Virus record (IMG/VR): IMGVR_UViG_3300042987_001178
DNA: 64,000 nucleotides
Origin: an uncultured virus (IMG/VR IMGVR_UViG_3300042987_001178)
Taxonomy: Duplodnaviria > Heunggongvirae > Uroviricota > Caudoviricetes
Reading direction: 5' to 3' (one strand)
A program made the translations under genes and the position numbers. Shown piece after piece: positions 1-9,287 of this stretch. The stretch's first letter is position 1; each line of letters opens with the position of its first letter. The notes beneath the pieces are model-generated. The model saw only the letters and a program-made list of their open reading frames with translations, was not told the DNA's origin and made no database searches.

Positions 1-28
1 ATTAGCCATAATTTTTTATGGCGAACTA

Positions 29-454
29 CTACGATATTCTCAAGATTGCGCTTGTTGAATTCGCTGCTGGGAACTGAATAGTAAAGTCGCCGTTCGTTGA
101 AGTTTTATCACCACCGAAATCTAATACGACAACTGCTTTTGCTGATTGAGTTGTATTATAGATTAAAGCACATGATGCTGTAATAGTTGCTGTTGAAAAA
201 GTTGCATCAGCAAAATCTACGTAAGAAATATTTTGTCCAACTGCAACACCAAGATTTGTAAGAGTTGTTCCACCTGCAGAATATCCTGTACCTGTTACTT
301 CATTAGTAGTTGAGTATACAGTTGTTCCTGTTGCAGAAAAACCTGTAACAGTTGAATACAATGCTAATTGAAAAGTATTACCTGTTGATGAATTAAAATT
401 GTGTGTAGCTTGGAAAAGCTCTTTTTTAAAACTATCTGGTACTATGTTTGCCAT
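29..454 (-). CDS. Putative virion/tail structural protein (allele A)
   Basis: 141 aa, Ser/Thr-rich, in the structural operon; homologous to 62187..62624. Confidence 0.6.
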   Translation of the reverse strand: MANIVPDSFKKELFQATHNFNSSTGNTFQLALYSTVTGFSATGTTVYSTTNEVTGTGYSAGGTTLTNLGVAVGQNISYVDFADATFSTATITASCALIYNTTQSAKAVVVLDFGGDKTSTNGDFTIQFPAANSTSAILRIS

Positions 455-469
455 ATTAACTCCTTAATT

Positions 470-1147
470 TTATTGTGATGGTGGATTACTTTTTAAAGGA
501 ATACGAAGTTCACCATCAACATACTCGTCTCTTCTTCTTAATCCCATCTGCTCATCACCGAAGCTTCTTATAGCTTGCTGATAAGACTGTTCATAAGTTT
601 GTATCATATCTGCAGGACCTTTCAAGTATTTATATGTTTCAACTAAAGAACCATATAAAAGAACATCCTGTGCATACACTGAAACATAAGTAGTTGCAGA
701 TGTAGTGGACGTTATACTAGCAGGTTGCTGATAATATGCAATATTAATTGTGTAAGTAGTATTAGGAGTTGGAGCTACAAACCACGTAGTTTCATTCCAG
801 TTTGCCCAATATCTTGGTTTTTCATAATAAGTAGAAGACGTTGGAATATTATTAAATTCTGCCATATAGGAGCTATCTTTTTGTTCTAAGGTACTAAATT
901 CTCCACTTGGAGATATCATTTCAACATATCTAATATTACGAAGTCCTGATGGAACAGAAATAGTTGTGGATCCAGCTGTTGTAATAGATGACGCATATAA
1001 TCTAAAAGCATCAATATTTAATTCTCTATAAATTCTATTTTCAGTATTTTGAACTATAACAGCAAGAGTAGAATCCGATAATCCATTACTATCTACTTCA
1101 GTATAGTTTCTAATTTGTGTTTGTAGTTGTCCGTATGTTAAACTCAT
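470..1147 (-). CDS. Putative head-tail adaptor/tail protein (allele A)
   Basis: N-term LTYGQLQTQIRNYTE and LLYGSLVETY are typical of phage adaptor proteins; homologous to 62637..63320. Confidence 0.55.
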   Translation of the reverse strand: MSLTYGQLQTQIRNYTEVDSNGLSDSTLAVIVQNTENRIYRELNIDAFRLYASSITTAGSTTISVPSGLRNIRYVEMISPSGEFSTLEQKDSSYMAEFNNIPTSSTYYEKPRYWANWNETTWFVAPTPNTTYTINIAYYQQPASITSTTSATTYVSVYAQDVLLYGSLVETYKYLKGPADMIQTYEQSYQQAIRSFGDEQMGLRRRDEYVDGELRIPLKSNPPSQ

Positions 1148-1149
1148 AT

Positions 1150-1920
1150 TTATATTGTCTGTGCTGTGGCAGATCCTCCGCCAATTGTAGTAGTTATTGT
1201 ACCAGTTCCTGATGAGGCATTAAAGGTATAATTATCTACATTGACAACTGTTATACTATATCCAGTTGAAGTTGTTAATACTGATTGTTGAAATCCTGAA
1301 GCTGTAAGAAAGGCATTAACTACAACTACATTTGCAAATCTAACTGTATTACCTGTTACTTTACCATGTCCTGGCTGATTAACTTCTATTGTAGAACTTC
1401 CTGCTGTCACTTCAAAAGCATTATTAGGTAAAGCAACAGCTGCAGGACCTACAGAAGCATTACTACCTCCAAAATATCCACTGGCCGTTGCAGTTCCACT
1501 TACATTAAAATTATATTGATTGCTATTAAGTACTGTTATGGAATATCCAACGGTTGTATTTAATACTGCTTGTGTAAATCCATTTGCAGCAATTACATTT
1601 GTAAATACCACTTGATTACCAGTTGTTTTTTCATGTCCTGGTTCATTAACTAAAATTGTAGAACTTCCTGAAGTTGCAAGAAGCGGGTTGTAAGATAATA
1701 ATACAATAGATAATGGCTCTACCCGATCCGGTCTTGCATTTAATAATCCTTGTGGATCGTTTCCTGGAACTTTAGGTTCTAATTGAGGTTGTTTAGGTTC
1801 GTATTCTGAAGTATGGACAAAGGATCCATTCCATTCAGTAACCATTTCATCATATGGAAATCTTTGGCCAGACCTATCCGATATGGCATAAGCTTTTTTA
1901 CCTGTAGCAAAGGTTGTCAT
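1150..1920 (-). CDS. Virion structural protein with two tandem Ser/Thr-rich beta domains (allele A)
   Basis: Internal duplication (GSSTI.VN.PGH.K.TGN.V.F.N twice); homologous to 63322..64000. Confidence 0.55.
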   Translation of the reverse strand: MTTFATGKKAYAISDRSGQRFPYDEMVTEWNGSFVHTSEYEPKQPQLEPKVPGNDPQGLLNARPDRVEPLSIVLLSYNPLLATSGSSTILVNEPGHEKTTGNQVVFTNVIAANGFTQAVLNTTVGYSITVLNSNQYNFNVSGTATASGYFGGSNASVGPAAVALPNNAFEVTAGSSTIEVNQPGHGKVTGNTVRFANVVVVNAFLTASGFQQSVLTTSTGYSITVVNVDNYTFNASSGTGTITTTIGGGSATAQTI

Positions 1921-2657
1921 TATACACCATCTCCATAAAATGTTTTTGGTGATATAAATAATGAAGCCGCTTGTGAATCTTGAGTTAATGCTCTTTGCAT
2001 TTCATCCTCATAAACTAATTTTAACATTTCTGTTTTTTCAGGTTTATAAGTAATACTTAAATAATAAGAAAGACCAGAAGTTAAAGCTGGTAAAAATCTA
2101 AATACAACATCTGGTGTATTTGTATAAGCTCCAGCATCTTCAATTTTAGCAAGATAATAAAATCTTAATTGATAATTGCTTGGTGTGCTTTGACTAGAAA
2201 ATTGTGTTCCCGGAGTTTGATATAAAAATATACTTGGACTATATCCTCTTTGAACATAATATTGTGAAGGTGTTCCTTGTGATAATTTATTTGGTAAAGC
2301 TGCATATGCAGATCTATCTATTTTAGTTAATGAAGTGTCAGTTGGCAATGAGGCATTAGGTGAAGTATTATTTCTAATATAAGCCTCTAATACATCATTA
2401 ATATCATTTGGATAATTTGTAGGATCTGATGAATAACTATATTCAGCTTGTCCTAATACTAATGGAATTGTAGCTAGTTTTACTTTCCATAAATGTACAC
2501 CTCTATTATCCCACTCTGATAATAAAATATTAAGATTTCTTCTTGCTGCTCTTAAATGATAACCAGTTCTAGTTCCTCCAATACCTACTCGTCCGTAAGC
2601 TTCGTCAAAAAGCTCATCTAATTCAAGATTGAATGAAGTAGTTCCAGAGGTAGTCAT
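1920..2657 (-). CDS. Putative tail tubular/adaptor protein
   Basis: MTTSGTTSFNL...ARRNLNILLSEWDNRG...GTPSQYY pattern; position downstream of head genes. Confidence 0.55.
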   Translation of the reverse strand: MTTSGTTSFNLELDELFDEAYGRVGIGGTRTGYHLRAARRNLNILLSEWDNRGVHLWKVKLATIPLVLGQAEYSYSSDPTNYPNDINDVLEAYIRNNTSPNASLPTDTSLTKIDRSAYAALPNKLSQGTPSQYYVQRGYSPSIFLYQTPGTQFSSQSTPSNYQLRFYYLAKIEDAGAYTNTPDVVFRFLPALTSGLSYYLSITYKPEKTEMLKLVYEDEMQRALTQDSQAASLFISPKTFYGDGV

Positions 2658-2665
2658 CTACTCTC

Positions 2666-3001
2666 CTATTTATCTATAAATAACGTAATAGTTAATGCAC
2701 TACTGTTTGCTGTTACACCAACTCCATCAACTATGCCTGTTCCATTTCTTTGAGCATATAGAACACCATCTTCAGGAATATTTAATGTTTCTGTTTGACC
2801 AGCACCAACTGAAACACTTATGTAAACTTGTGTATTAGTTGAAGAACTAACAGTTGTAGTATTTGCTAAACCATTAATAATTGCTGTTCCAGAACTTCCT
2901 GTTGATTGAATCATATAACCACGAAGTCTTGTAGGGCCAGTAAAAAATACTGCGTTTGTAGAACTTGTAACGACTGGTTTTACATCACTTTTCATTGCCA
3001 T
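2666..3001 (-). CDS. Hypothetical virion protein
   Basis: 111 aa ORF in structural operon. Confidence 0.5.
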   Translation of the reverse strand: MAMKSDVKPVVTSSTNAVFFTGPTRLRGYMIQSTGSSGTAIINGLANTTTVSSSTNTQVYISVSVGAGQTETLNIPEDGVLYAQRNGTGIVDGVGVTANSSALTITLFIDK

Positions 3002-3016
3002 AAATTTCTCTTTGTA

Positions 3017-3046
3017 TTAATGGAGCTTCCGAAGAAGCTCCATTAA
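3017..3046. terminator. Stem-loop (terminator or processing hairpin) with C(UUCG)G loop on the minus strand
   Basis: TTAATGGAGCTTC-CGAA-GAAGCTCCATTAA, perfect 13-bp inverted repeat just after the stop of 3055..3534. Confidence 0.75.
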
Positions 3047-3054
3047 GAATTTAA

Positions 3055-3534
3055 TTAAGCTCCTGGTCCAACTTCACCTGGTTTACCATTATCACTGATT
3101 ACGTAATAAATGATTACAGATGTAGTAGAAGCAGTTGTAGAACTTCCTGTTCCTGCACCATATACAGTTGAATTAACTGTAAGTGGAGTTGTTGCAAAAG
3201 TTCCTAAATCATTACCAGCAAGAGCTGATTGAACGCCATTAGCACTTAATGCTGAAGCGATTGAAGTAGAAGCCGCTTGAGCAGCAGTTGAAGTAGTTCC
3301 TAGATTTAATGCTTTGTCAGCTGCACCTGTTGCTGCGTGTACAACATCAGTAATTTGTGCTCCAGCTGGAAGAACAATTGCTCCTCCATTGATTCCTGTA
3401 ACTGCAGAATAAACAGATGTAGAACTATTTATTATTCCTTTAGCTGCAAGAACAACTGTACCTGCGAATACGTCAGATTCTTTATTTTGTCCGCCGTATG
3501 ATCTTACTACTCCTTGAAACGTAGTTTTTGCCAT
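3055..3534 (-). CDS. Putative minor capsid/decoration protein
   Basis: Ala/Gly/Thr-rich, 159 aa, LPAGAQITDV motif, strong AGGAGG RBS. Confidence 0.5.
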   Translation of the reverse strand: MAKTTFQGVVRSYGGQNKESDVFAGTVVLAAKGIINSSTSVYSAVTGINGGAIVLPAGAQITDVVHAATGAADKALNLGTTSTAAQAASTSIASALSANGVQSALAGNDLGTFATTPLTVNSTVYGAGTGSSTTASTTSVIIYYVISDNGKPGEVGPGA

Positions 3535-3545
3535 ATTATTATCCT

Positions 3546-3612
3546 CCTAAATAATCCAATGTAGTCATTAGGCTGTCGACTATACTCGTCTACATTAGAT
3601 GTTAATGTATAG
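3546..3612 (-). promoter_or_regulatory. Structured 5' leader (pseudoknot-like) of 3055..3534
   Basis: Interleaved complementary segments 3607-3612/3580-3585, 3590-3600/3554-3564 and 3568-3572/3546-3550. Confidence 0.5.
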
Positions 3613-3696
3613 TTGTTAAAATATAACTTAAATTATTAAATAGCGCAAGGGGTTCCTGCATCGAAAATCTAATTTTCGGATATAAATAGCTAGGTT

Positions 3697-3912
3697 TTAG
3701 CTAGCTACAGAAAACTCAGGAGCAGCCATTTCTACTTTAATTTGTCTGTAAGCTATATCAGCTTCAGTCATTTTAATCTGGTTAACGATCTCACGAATTT
3801 TTTCGTCTATCTTAACCATATCAAGAGTATATTTGCCCTCTTGAATGTAGTGTTGCTCCCAATCAAGTTCTAATGACCTCTTCTGCTTGTAAAGGTCTTG
3901 AACTGATGTCAT
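3697..3912 (-). CDS. Hypothetical protein (coiled-coil)
   Basis: 71 aa ORF overlapping the end of the upstream ORF. Confidence 0.55.
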   Translation of the reverse strand: MTSVQDLYKQKRSLELDWEQHYIQEGKYTLDMVKIDEKIREIVNQIKMTEADIAYRQIKVEMAAPEFSVAS

Positions 3913-4105
3913 CTACAACCTCCTCATAGGTTATCCAGCATTTAGATGTTGAAAACATTCTATTGCTGTCCTTTAACAATACCCCATTTTCTCCTATTTT
4001 GTCAAGGATAGCTTTTTCTATACTTTCTGCATTGTCTTCTGCCATAACATTAAAATCAGCCATATGACCATATGCTCTAATTTTAACATTAAACATTTTT
4101 TTCAT
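3863..4105 (-). CDS. Hypothetical protein
   Basis: The track start at 4147 lies inside a hairpin; MKKMFNV at 4105, after a purine-rich RBS, is more likely. Confidence 0.5.
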   Translation of the reverse strand: MKKMFNVKIRAYGHMADFNVMAEDNAESIEKAILDKIGENGVLLKDSNRMFSTSKCWITYEEVVDDISSRPLQAEEVIRT

Positions 4106-4124
4106 ACTCTTTCTTTCTATCATA

Positions 4125-4155
4125 TTAATGGGGTGAGATAAACCCACCCCATTAA
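4125..4155. terminator. Stem-loop downstream of the major capsid gene
   Basis: TTAATGGGGTG...CACCCCATTAA 11-bp inverted repeat. Confidence 0.7.
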
Positions 4156-4171
4156 ATAAATTGCTTAATTA

Positions 4172-5077
4172 TTAAGCGCCTGATGAACCGAAAGCACCTC
4201 TAGGGTCAGACCAGCCGAAGCTGTATCTTTCTCTAGCTTTGTATCTTACGTTACCAGTTTCAAAGTCACCTTCCATAGAAGTTCTAATCGGTGATCTTTC
4301 AAAGTATTTTAAGCCATTTGGTACATCTGTAATGATAAAGAACGCATCAGAATCAGTTAAGTAATGGTTCACAACATAACCTTGTGGAATCATTCCCATG
4401 TTTCTAATTGCATTGATATCATTGTCAGCTGTTCCAACTCTGCCAGCAGATTTCATTAATCTGTCTGCTGTAAATTGTTGCTCAGAAGGGATGATTAATT
4501 TCATTCCTTGAGCTGCAATTTTTAAACCTCTTTCATCTGTGAAAGCAGCAATGTCAATTAAAGACTGCTCTAAAGATGTTTCATTTAAATCAGCTTGTGT
4601 TGCAAGCGTATTTCTAAATGATCCAGAGATCGTAGCGTGAGTTGTAGAGAATAAAGGAGATCCGTCACCACCTAAATAAGATGTGCTGAATCCATTATTC
4701 AATACGTTCGCTGCAGTTACCTGCTTTGTATTCGCCATAGATCTAGCTAATGCTTTTGTATATCTAGACGCTAGTCTGTCATACAAGTTATCTTCAATCG
4801 CTTCTTCAGTGATTGAAAACGCAAGAGCTATAGTATTATGCGTATATCTAGCAGTGAAAGTTTCTTGCGCTTGATCATATGTCACGCCTGAACCTTCCGA
4901 CTTAATAGCAGCATTACCGAAACCAGATAACATCACTTCTTCTTCAAATGCTCGATCTGAAGTTTCTTTGATGAAGATTTCCTCATGCTCGCTTTCGTAA
5001 CGTTTATATTCAAGTCCAAACAGAGCGTTTAAACCTGGTTCTAGTTCTTTAACTAGTTGTGATCTTGAGATAGCCAT
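4172..5077 (-). CDS. Major capsid protein
   Basis: MAISRSQLVKELEPGLNALFGLEY start and RYKARERYSFGWSDPRG end, recognised from aquatic phage MCPs; lies downstream of portal/scaffold and is followed by a hairpin. Confidence 0.88.
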   Translation of the reverse strand: MAISRSQLVKELEPGLNALFGLEYKRYESEHEEIFIKETSDRAFEEEVMLSGFGNAAIKSEGSGVTYDQAQETFTARYTHNTIALAFSITEEAIEDNLYDRLASRYTKALARSMANTKQVTAANVLNNGFSTSYLGGDGSPLFSTTHATISGSFRNTLATQADLNETSLEQSLIDIAAFTDERGLKIAAQGMKLIIPSEQQFTADRLMKSAGRVGTADNDINAIRNMGMIPQGYVVNHYLTDSDAFFIITDVPNGLKYFERSPIRTSMEGDFETGNVRYKARERYSFGWSDPRGAFGSSGA

Positions 5078-5093
5078 AGTTTATATTCTCCTG

Positions 5094-5663
5094 TTATAGT
5101 AATTGAGTACCTTTAGAGATTCTAACAATGAAATCTTCATTAGTTACAGCCTCTTCGTTACCTACGAATGGTGAAGTATTCACCACTGTCACTTGTCCAG
5201 CACTTGCCGCTGCTGAAGTTCCTAAATCAAGGTAAGCACCAGAAATACCGTTATTAGTATTACCAGCTGCATATACTTGTTTAAAAGTTACTCCAACCGC
5301 AGTAGTTCCTAGAGCAGTTCCTGTAGATTTAACTAGGTACAATTGGTTAGGGTCATTTATTACATACGCCTGAATTTCACCCTGTGTGATATTCGTTTGT
5401 GAGTAAAAATTTGACCATTTTGGTTTTTTAGTTGATGGGTCTGATTCAATCAAGCATCCATTGAATACGCCAAAAATACTAGTTAAAGCTGATGTATCAA
5501 CTACAACAACTCCACCAGTAACGTTTAGCTTAACAAGGTCTCCTTGATAAATAGACGAGCTATAGTTGTCCACGATCACATATTGATCTTGTCCACCTGC
5601 AGCTGGGTTCCCACCAAGTTTGCCTAGCGGTCTGAAACCGAAGGCTACTGTTGAGTTTGCCAT
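5094..5663 (-). CDS. Putative capsid decoration/minor capsid protein
   Basis: FGFRP...IYQGDLV...GVFNGC pattern; immediately upstream of the MCP. Confidence 0.55.
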   Translation of the reverse strand: MANSTVAFGFRPLGKLGGNPAAGGQDQYVIVDNYSSSIYQGDLVKLNVTGGVVVVDTSALTSIFGVFNGCLIESDPSTKKPKWSNFYSQTNITQGEIQAYVINDPNQLYLVKSTGTALGTTAVGVTFKQVYAAGNTNNGISGAYLDLGTSAAASAGQVTVVNTSPFVGNEEAVTNEDFIVRISKGTQLL

Positions 5664-5718
5664 ATTTATTTTCTCCTTAAGTTTATTTTAAACTTTGTGG
5701 TTAGGAATTACTAAATAA

Positions 5719-6180
5719 TTAGTTCTTCTTTGAGCCACCAAAAGTTACACGAGTCTGCCTCTCTTTGCTGATTGGCATACTTGGGTGCTGATCTCTCAGA
5801 GGATCGTTTGCAATAGCATCTTCTCGATCTTTAGTCCTTTGTGCAAAGTACTCTTCTCGAGATTTGGCGATCTCCTCGGGTATCCTAGCCAGCAATAGGC
5901 CACCAACCCCAATCACTCCTGCGTATTTTCCGTCTTTGACTTTTGGATAATTAGAATCAGGATATTCATCCGCTCTAACTAGTTCCCAACCAGATCTCAA
6001 TTTGCCGGAAATGTTCTTCGTATCATCGAAGCCCACACTTTCAGCTCTTATCCATCTGTGTCTAAATCCGTCTGGCGCAGGTGGTGCATCCAGAGATGAT
6101 GGTGGAGTCCAAACTTTGGGTCTTTCATCTTTAACCCTAGTTTCGCTCGCACGGGAAGTCTTATTTTCGTTGTTGTCCAT
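5719..6180 (-). CDS. Conserved phage head-module protein
   Basis: W.PPSSLDAPPAPDGFRHRWIR...GWELVRA...VGGLLLARIP; lies between scaffold and MCP. Confidence 0.6.
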   Translation of the reverse strand: MDNNENKTSRASETRVKDERPKVWTPPSSLDAPPAPDGFRHRWIRAESVGFDDTKNISGKLRSGWELVRADEYPDSNYPKVKDGKYAGVIGVGGLLLARIPEEIAKSREEYFAQRTKDREDAIANDPLRDQHPSMPISKERQTRVTFGGSKKN

Positions 6181-6184
6181 ATGC

Positions 6185-7201
6185 CTATACCTCCTTCGTG
6201 GTTAATTGTTTCGCATATTCTTCAAGTGGCACACCTAATTTTTTAGCAATAGCTACCTGTGACGGTGTGAGTCTTACAGTTTTGCGACCAGAACTTTTCC
6301 CACCTGCTCTGCTAGCCGAAGCTACGGTTTGAGTAGGTTTTGAAGTATTAGTCGTTTGTACTGTATTAGTAGCAAATTTATGCGGAAATTCAAGTCTTAT
6401 TCTTTTGTCAATTTCCGTATAATATTCATCACTTTGTGGATCATAACCCTCTTCTTCTACAAGCTTTTTATGCAAATCAAATGCAGTATAAGTCATAGCA
6501 GAATCTTGACCAAACCATGTATTCTTTTGGGCCCAACCTTGAGCTTTAGGATCTGGATTGATGGGTTGTTCTTGTTGAGTAGGTTGTTCTCTTAATCTAT
6601 CAACATAATCCTGAACGGGTTTAGCATTATCAACTTTAATTTCTAATGCTTGTTTAGATTTAATTTCAGATAATCTAGCATCTTCATAACCTAATTTAGC
6701 TATTTCAGTTTGTGCTGCAATTTCTGCTTTTAAATCACCATCAGTTCTAGCTTGTGCTAATTTAGCGGCTGCTGCTTCCATGGAAGACTTAATTCTGTTT
6801 TCCATTTCATTAACATAACCTGTATCTAATTTAGTAAGTCGACCTGCTAAAGTTTCTTTTTCACCTTGAATTTTACGTGCATACTCAATAGCAGCTTCAC
6901 GCTGTCTTTCAGCTTCACGCATTTTTTTGGTTAGTTTAGCAATTCTCTTTTTTACGCCTTCACTGTAATCTTCTAATTCTTTCTTCGCTTCTGTATCTGT
7001 TCCTTGGTCCTTTATTTCTGTTTCTTGTTTGCTAGCTTGAACAACAGGCTGCTCATTCGATTGCGCAGATGTGTCCAGGGACTTAATACCGTCTTCAGCA
7101 ACTTCATGTGATACCTCCTCTTGTTTAGATTCCAATTCAACATCAGCACCTTCTGTTTCGCCGACATCTACTAATGGATCTTTCTTTTTGTCTTCTGGCA
7201 T
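6185..7201 (-). CDS. Putative scaffolding protein
   Basis: Acidic N-term, long coiled coil, C-term RLTPSQVAIAKKLGVPLEEYAKQ; lies upstream of the MCP. Confidence 0.6.
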   Translation of the reverse strand: MPEDKKKDPLVDVGETEGADVELESKQEEVSHEVAEDGIKSLDTSAQSNEQPVVQASKQETEIKDQGTDTEAKKELEDYSEGVKKRIAKLTKKMREAERQREAAIEYARKIQGEKETLAGRLTKLDTGYVNEMENRIKSSMEAAAAKLAQARTDGDLKAEIAAQTEIAKLGYEDARLSEIKSKQALEIKVDNAKPVQDYVDRLREQPTQQEQPINPDPKAQGWAQKNTWFGQDSAMTYTAFDLHKKLVEEEGYDPQSDEYYTEIDKRIRLEFPHKFATNTVQTTNTSKPTQTVASASRAGGKSSGRKTVRLTPSQVAIAKKLGVPLEEYAKQLTTKEV

Positions 7202-7216
7202 AGTTTCCTCCTATGT

Positions 7217-7678
7217 TTAAATATGATGAAGAACGTCTTCAGGATTTTTTATAGTTCCTAAAACTTCGTCATCGTTTAAAAGACGGACTTCGCCGCCTTC
7301 TATTGGCAGTCTTGAACCAGCATATCTGGCAAAGATCACCCAATCCTTTTCCTTGCACCATGGACCTGTTGGATAACGCTCTTTGTCGTTATAAGCTAAT
7401 GGTCCAAGTTTTAAGACATAACCACAATTTGTGGATATTCTTAATTTATCCAAAGACTCTTGTGAAAATATAATTCCACCTTTGGTTTTGTCTTTTGGTG
7501 TAAATGGTAATACTAAAATCCTCCAACCGGATGGTTGTGGTAAACTGTCAATTAAAGAGTCAGTAATATTTTCTGCTCTTACAGTTTTTTTATCTTCTTC
7601 TTTATACTTTTCTTCAAGACCTAATACCGTTTTAGGTACCTCAGTCGAGTTTGATAACGTTTCCTTTTGCATCTGCAT
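7217..7678 (-). CDS. groES: Co-chaperonin GroES-like protein
   Basis: P.GWRILV...KTKGGIIF...VLKLGP...VIFARYAG...LLNDDEVLGTI match Cpn10 motifs. Confidence 0.85.
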   Translation of the reverse strand: MQMQKETLSNSTEVPKTVLGLEEKYKEEDKKTVRAENITDSLIDSLPQPSGWRILVLPFTPKDKTKGGIIFSQESLDKLRISTNCGYVLKLGPLAYNDKERYPTGPWCKEKDWVIFARYAGSRLPIEGGEVRLLNDDEVLGTIKNPEDVLHHI

Positions 7679-7868
7679 TTAGCTCCTTCTTGTTAAGCAG
7701 GTTAGAGATTTCCTGTAATAAAAATTCGTATGTACGAATTTGACCTAGGATATACCTGTAGTCTTCCATATTGTCAACGCCTCCTGAAGTGATGATAGTG
7801 CTTAAATTTTTAAGCTGTTCCTTCATAAATCGTTGTAATTTACTTGCTACATCTATTGTATCTTCCAT
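7641..7868 (-). CDS. Hypothetical protein
   Basis: 75 aa helical ORF adjacent to groES. Confidence 0.6.
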   Translation of the reverse strand: MEDTIDVASKLQRFMKEQLKNLSTIITSGGVDNMEDYRYILGQIRTYEFLLQEISNLLNKKELNADAKGNVIKLD

Positions 7869-7891
7869 TTTTCTTTCTCCTGTTGGTTATA

Positions 7892-8221
7892 TTAACAGTT
7901 CCACTTACGTAGAGACTTATTAATTCTTGAATTCGGATCTCTTGCAGTTTTAGCTGAAGTTAATCTTTTTTTCATACCTGACATTCTAGCACAAAATGAT
8001 TTTCTTCTTTTAGCAGACTTTGAACCTGGTTTTAATTTAGAAGGTTTAGTTGTAACTGCCATAGATAATTTAGATCCTGGATTTGCAGCTCTATAAGATG
8101 CAATACCTTTTCTATTTAATCCACCAGATTGAGACTTACCTTCTTTACGCTGCCATGCTGGAGTTCTACCACCAGATGCCATCATTGCTCTACCTTGTCC
8201 TCTTAATGCGATATCAGCCAT
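7892..8221 (-). CDS. Small basic phage protein (DUF6321-like)
   Basis: RRKSFCARM...DPNSRINKSLRKWNC recalled from phage DUF6321 proteins; carries MASGG. Confidence 0.6.
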   Translation of the reverse strand: MADIALRGQGRAMMASGGRTPAWQRKEGKSQSGGLNRKGIASYRAANPGSKLSMAVTTKPSKLKPGSKSAKRRKSFCARMSGMKKRLTSAKTARDPNSRINKSLRKWNC

Positions 8222-8222
8222 A

Positions 8223-8468
8223 TTAATACATTTTAGTTTTTTTAGTTTTAATAGTTCTACCTTGTCCTCTACCCACTAGTCCACCATCTTTGTAATGTTC
8301 AACTGGGTTATATTCTCTAGTAGAATCTTCTGGAAATAATCTAGCGTATTTTTCAGCTTCTTGTTCTTGTTCAGTTACTTTTTTATAATTCTCATTTAGC
8401 TTCTTTTCAGCTTCTCTAAATTTAGCTTGTCTTGCTCGTTCTGCTTTGTAATATTTATCACCGGCCAT
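8223..8468 (-). CDS. Small protein with C-terminal GG tag
   Basis: Ends YKDGGLVGRGQGRTIKTKKTKMY. Confidence 0.65.
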   Translation of the reverse strand: MAGDKYYKAERARQAKFREAEKKLNENYKKVTEQEQEAEKYARLFPEDSTREYNPVEHYKDGGLVGRGQGRTIKTKKTKMY

Positions 8469-8743
8469 TATACTAATCCTCCTGATCTCATATCTTTTCT
8501 TTTTGTAAAAGTTGGAACATTTTTAGGTTTAGGTCCTGTATTACCAGCTGCTCTTTTTCTTGCAACTGCTGAACGTCTTTGACCTTCAGACATTGCTCTA
8601 GCTTTAGCTAATGGTACACATTTTGGATAACCTTTTCTTTTCTCACCTTTTGATCTTCCACAAGGTGCATAAGAACCATCTTTACGTTTAGATCCAATGT
8701 CTACCCATTTCTCTTGAACCCATTTTCTTAAACCATTTGCCAT
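8468..8743 (-). CDS. Small basic phage protein (DUF5872-like)
   Basis: GLRKWVQEKWVD...PCGRS...YPKCVP; ends MRSGGLV. Confidence 0.6.
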   Translation of the reverse strand: MANGLRKWVQEKWVDIGSKRKDGSYAPCGRSKGEKRKGYPKCVPLAKARAMSEGQRRSAVARKRAAGNTGPKPKNVPTFTKRKDMRSGGLV

Positions 8744-8744
8744 A

Positions 8745-8975
8745 CTAATATTTTTTAGTTACTTTTCTTCTATTTTCTAAAACATCTCCACAACCTTTAG
8801 CAATACCACCTTGTTCATAATTAGAACGTTCTTTTCTTTGTTGAGATTTATTTTTACCACCTGGTGTTACTTTGCCAGAACAAACAGCTGATGCATACAT
8901 ATTTGCATACGCACTTGGATATACTTTAAATTTTCTTTTTGCAGCAGCTTTTCCTCTTGGACAAAGTTTAGCCAT
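8745..8975 (-). CDS. Small basic phage protein
   Basis: AKRKFKVYPSAYAN motif; ends YEQGGIAKGCG...VTKKY. Confidence 0.6.
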   Translation of the reverse strand: MAKLCPRGKAAAKRKFKVYPSAYANMYASAVCSGKVTPGGKNKSQQRKERSNYEQGGIAKGCGDVLENRRKVTKKY

Positions 8976-9286
8976 TAGAACATCTTTGTTGTTTTAGATT
9001 TATATACTCTTCCTTGACCTCTACCTACTAATCCACCTGTTGCCTTTTTCTCTCTTTTCTTAACAGAACTAGATGTTTCTAAAGGATCTATTTCAATAAT
9101 ATTTGGATTATTATCTTCGCCTGGTAATTCCCCTGGAGCGCCTTTTAAAGGCTTACCCATTTCTTTTTTAAGTCTACCTAATTGTGAAAATAATTCTGAT
9201 TTCTTTTCACCACTTATATTTCTATCTTTGGTAGATCTATAAAGTTCTTTAAAAGCTGTTGTCCAAGGGTTTTCTTCTTTAGGCAT
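8975..9286 (-). CDS. Small protein with C-terminal GG tag
   Basis: Ends KATGGLVGRGQGRVYKSKTTKMF. Confidence 0.65.
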   Translation of the reverse strand: MPKEENPWTTAFKELYRSTKDRNISGEKKSELFSQLGRLKKEMGKPLKGAPGELPGEDNNPNIIEIDPLETSSSVKKREKKATGGLVGRGQGRVYKSKTTKMF

Positions 9287-9287
9287 A

